In this document: in pieces, positions 62,973 to 64,000 of the stretch
Layout: each line of letters begins with the position of its first letter
How positions within the stretch are numbered: the stretch's first letter is position 1
Origin: an uncultured SAR86 cluster bacterium
GTDB taxonomy: Bacteria > Pseudomonadota > Gammaproteobacteria > Magnimaribacterales > D2472
Assembly (NCBI GenBank): GCA_902516285.1
Contig: CABXXT010000006.1
Coordinates: forward strand, 9,780-73,779
Reading direction: 5' to 3'
Length of the DNA: 64,000 nt
Program-made: the position numbers and the translations under genes
The notes under the pieces: generated by a model
The model's database searches: none
Seen by the model: the letters and a program-made list of their open reading frames with translations, nothing else
Told to the model about the DNA's origin: nothing

Positions 62973-63830
62973 TTACTTTAACTGTTCAGCTACCTCTTCA
63001 GCAAAGTCCTTTGTTTCAACTTCAATCCCTTCTCCAACCTTTAATCTTACAAAAGCCTTAATTGTTGCTTTGTTTGAAGCAAGATATTCTTCTATAGTAA
63101 TCTCAGAATCTTTAACAAAACTCTGAGAAAGTAAAGAAACTTCAGATAAAAATCTCTTTATTTTTCCTTCAACCATTTTTTCCATAATTTCTTTAGGCTT
63201 TCCTGAATCTTTTGCTTGATTTTCAAATATGGCTTTCTCCCTTTCTAAAATATCAATACTTATGTCATCCTTTGAGAGACAAAGTGGATTGAAGGCAGCA
63301 ACATGCATTGCAATATCTTTTGCTACTTGTTCATTACCTCCATTAATTGAGACAATTGCTCCTAATTTTGAGTCTGAATGAAGATATGAACCAATATGCA
63401 TATCGCTAATATAGTTAATAGTCTCCACCCTTCTCAATTGTATATTTTCTCCAATTGTTTGAACTAGTGATTTTCTTTCTTCTTCTATTTTTGAATCTAA
63501 AAAGGCTGAAGGTTCTGTAATTTTATTCTCTGAAATATAATTTTTAACCTTTTCACCAAAAGCGAGGAAATTTGAATCTTTTGAGGCAAAATCTGTTTCA
63601 GAATTTAATTCAACTATAGAGGCATAGCCATCACCTGAAGATATGACTAAAATGCCATCAGCTGCAACACGAGAGGATTTTTTTTCTGCTTTTAAAGCAC
63701 TATTTGACCTCAGTAAATCTACAGCTTTTTCAATATCGCCATCGGATTCTACAAGTGCTTTTTTGCAATCCATCATTGCAACACCTGTCATATCTCTTAG
63801 TTCTTTTACTTGAGATGCTTTAATTTCCAT
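62973..63830 (-). CDS. tsf: Elongation factor Ts
   Basis: VKELRDMTG-MMDCKKAL, ELNSETDF, IAMHVAA, GEGIE. Confidence 0.97.
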   Translation of the reverse strand: MEIKASQVKELRDMTGVAMMDCKKALVESDGDIEKAVDLLRSNSALKAEKKSSRVAADGILVISSGDGYASIVELNSETDFASKDSNFLAFGEKVKNYISENKITEPSAFLDSKIEEERKSLVQTIGENIQLRRVETINYISDMHIGSYLHSDSKLGAIVSINGGNEQVAKDIAMHVAAFNPLCLSKDDISIDILEREKAIFENQAKDSGKPKEIMEKMVEGKIKRFLSEVSLLSQSFVKDSEITIEEYLASNKATIKAFVRLKVGEGIEVETKDFAEEVAEQLK

Positions 63831-63835
63831 AATTA

Positions 63836-64000
63836 TTATTCTTCACTCTGTTCTTGTTTATCATTACTCTCTTCAGAATTATCCTCACTAACATTTGTTT
63901 CTATTTTGACTTCTTCAAGTGATATTTCTTTCTCTACATTTTTAGCATCTTTAGATTCAGCAGGTTCATCATCTTTTTTTGCTTTTTGAATTACAGGGAT
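63836..64000 (-). CDS. 3' end of an upstream gene, probably 30S ribosomal protein uS2 (acidic tail)
   Basis: Open frame IPVIQKAKKDDEPAESKDAKNVEKEISLEEVKIETNVSEDNSEESNDKQEQSEE* ending 5 nt before tsf; identity rests on rpsB-tsf synteny only. Confidence 0.65.
   Translation of the reverse strand: MPVIQKAKKDDEPAESKDAKNVEKEISLEEVKIETNVSEDNSEESNDKQEQSEE

Overview
A very AT-rich (roughly 30% GC by eye), gene-dense core-genome segment of a streamlined Gammaproteobacterium; composition, tiny spacers and gene content suggest a marine SAR86-like lineage (inference). It holds conserved housekeeping blocks: selO | prmC-prfA-hemA | lolB-like-ispE-tRNAGln-prs-rplY-pth-ychF-tRNAMet | pnp-rpsO-truB-rbfA-infB-nusA-rimP-tRNAfMet | tRNALeu | secG-tpiA-glmM-ftsH-rlmE-greA-carB-carA | map-glnD-dapD-dapE | POT transporter, RDD, lptGF, pepA, valS, elaA-like GNAT, gpx, rimI, holD-like, leuA, enoyl-CoA hydratase | tilS-accA-dnaE-rnhB-lpxB-lpxA-fabZ-lpxD-skp-bamA-rseP-dxr-cdsA-uppS-frr-pyrH-tsf-(rpsB end). 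I saw no mobile elements or CRISPR arrays. Most notable: (1) two tandem paralogous small membrane proteins (9160-9668) separated by a terminator-like hairpin, the first with signs of very high expression; (2) a 41-aa basic ORF missing from the ORF track (33178-33303, minus) resembling the ribosome-rescue factor ArfA; (3) a ValRS lacking its C-terminal arm; (4) a homopolymer frameshift in lpxD; (5) an inverted tRNA-Leu; (6) a divergent Pol III psi candidate with chi missing from its usual locus; (7) repeated leaderless-type promoters; (8) a DxDxDG motif in BamA loop 6.
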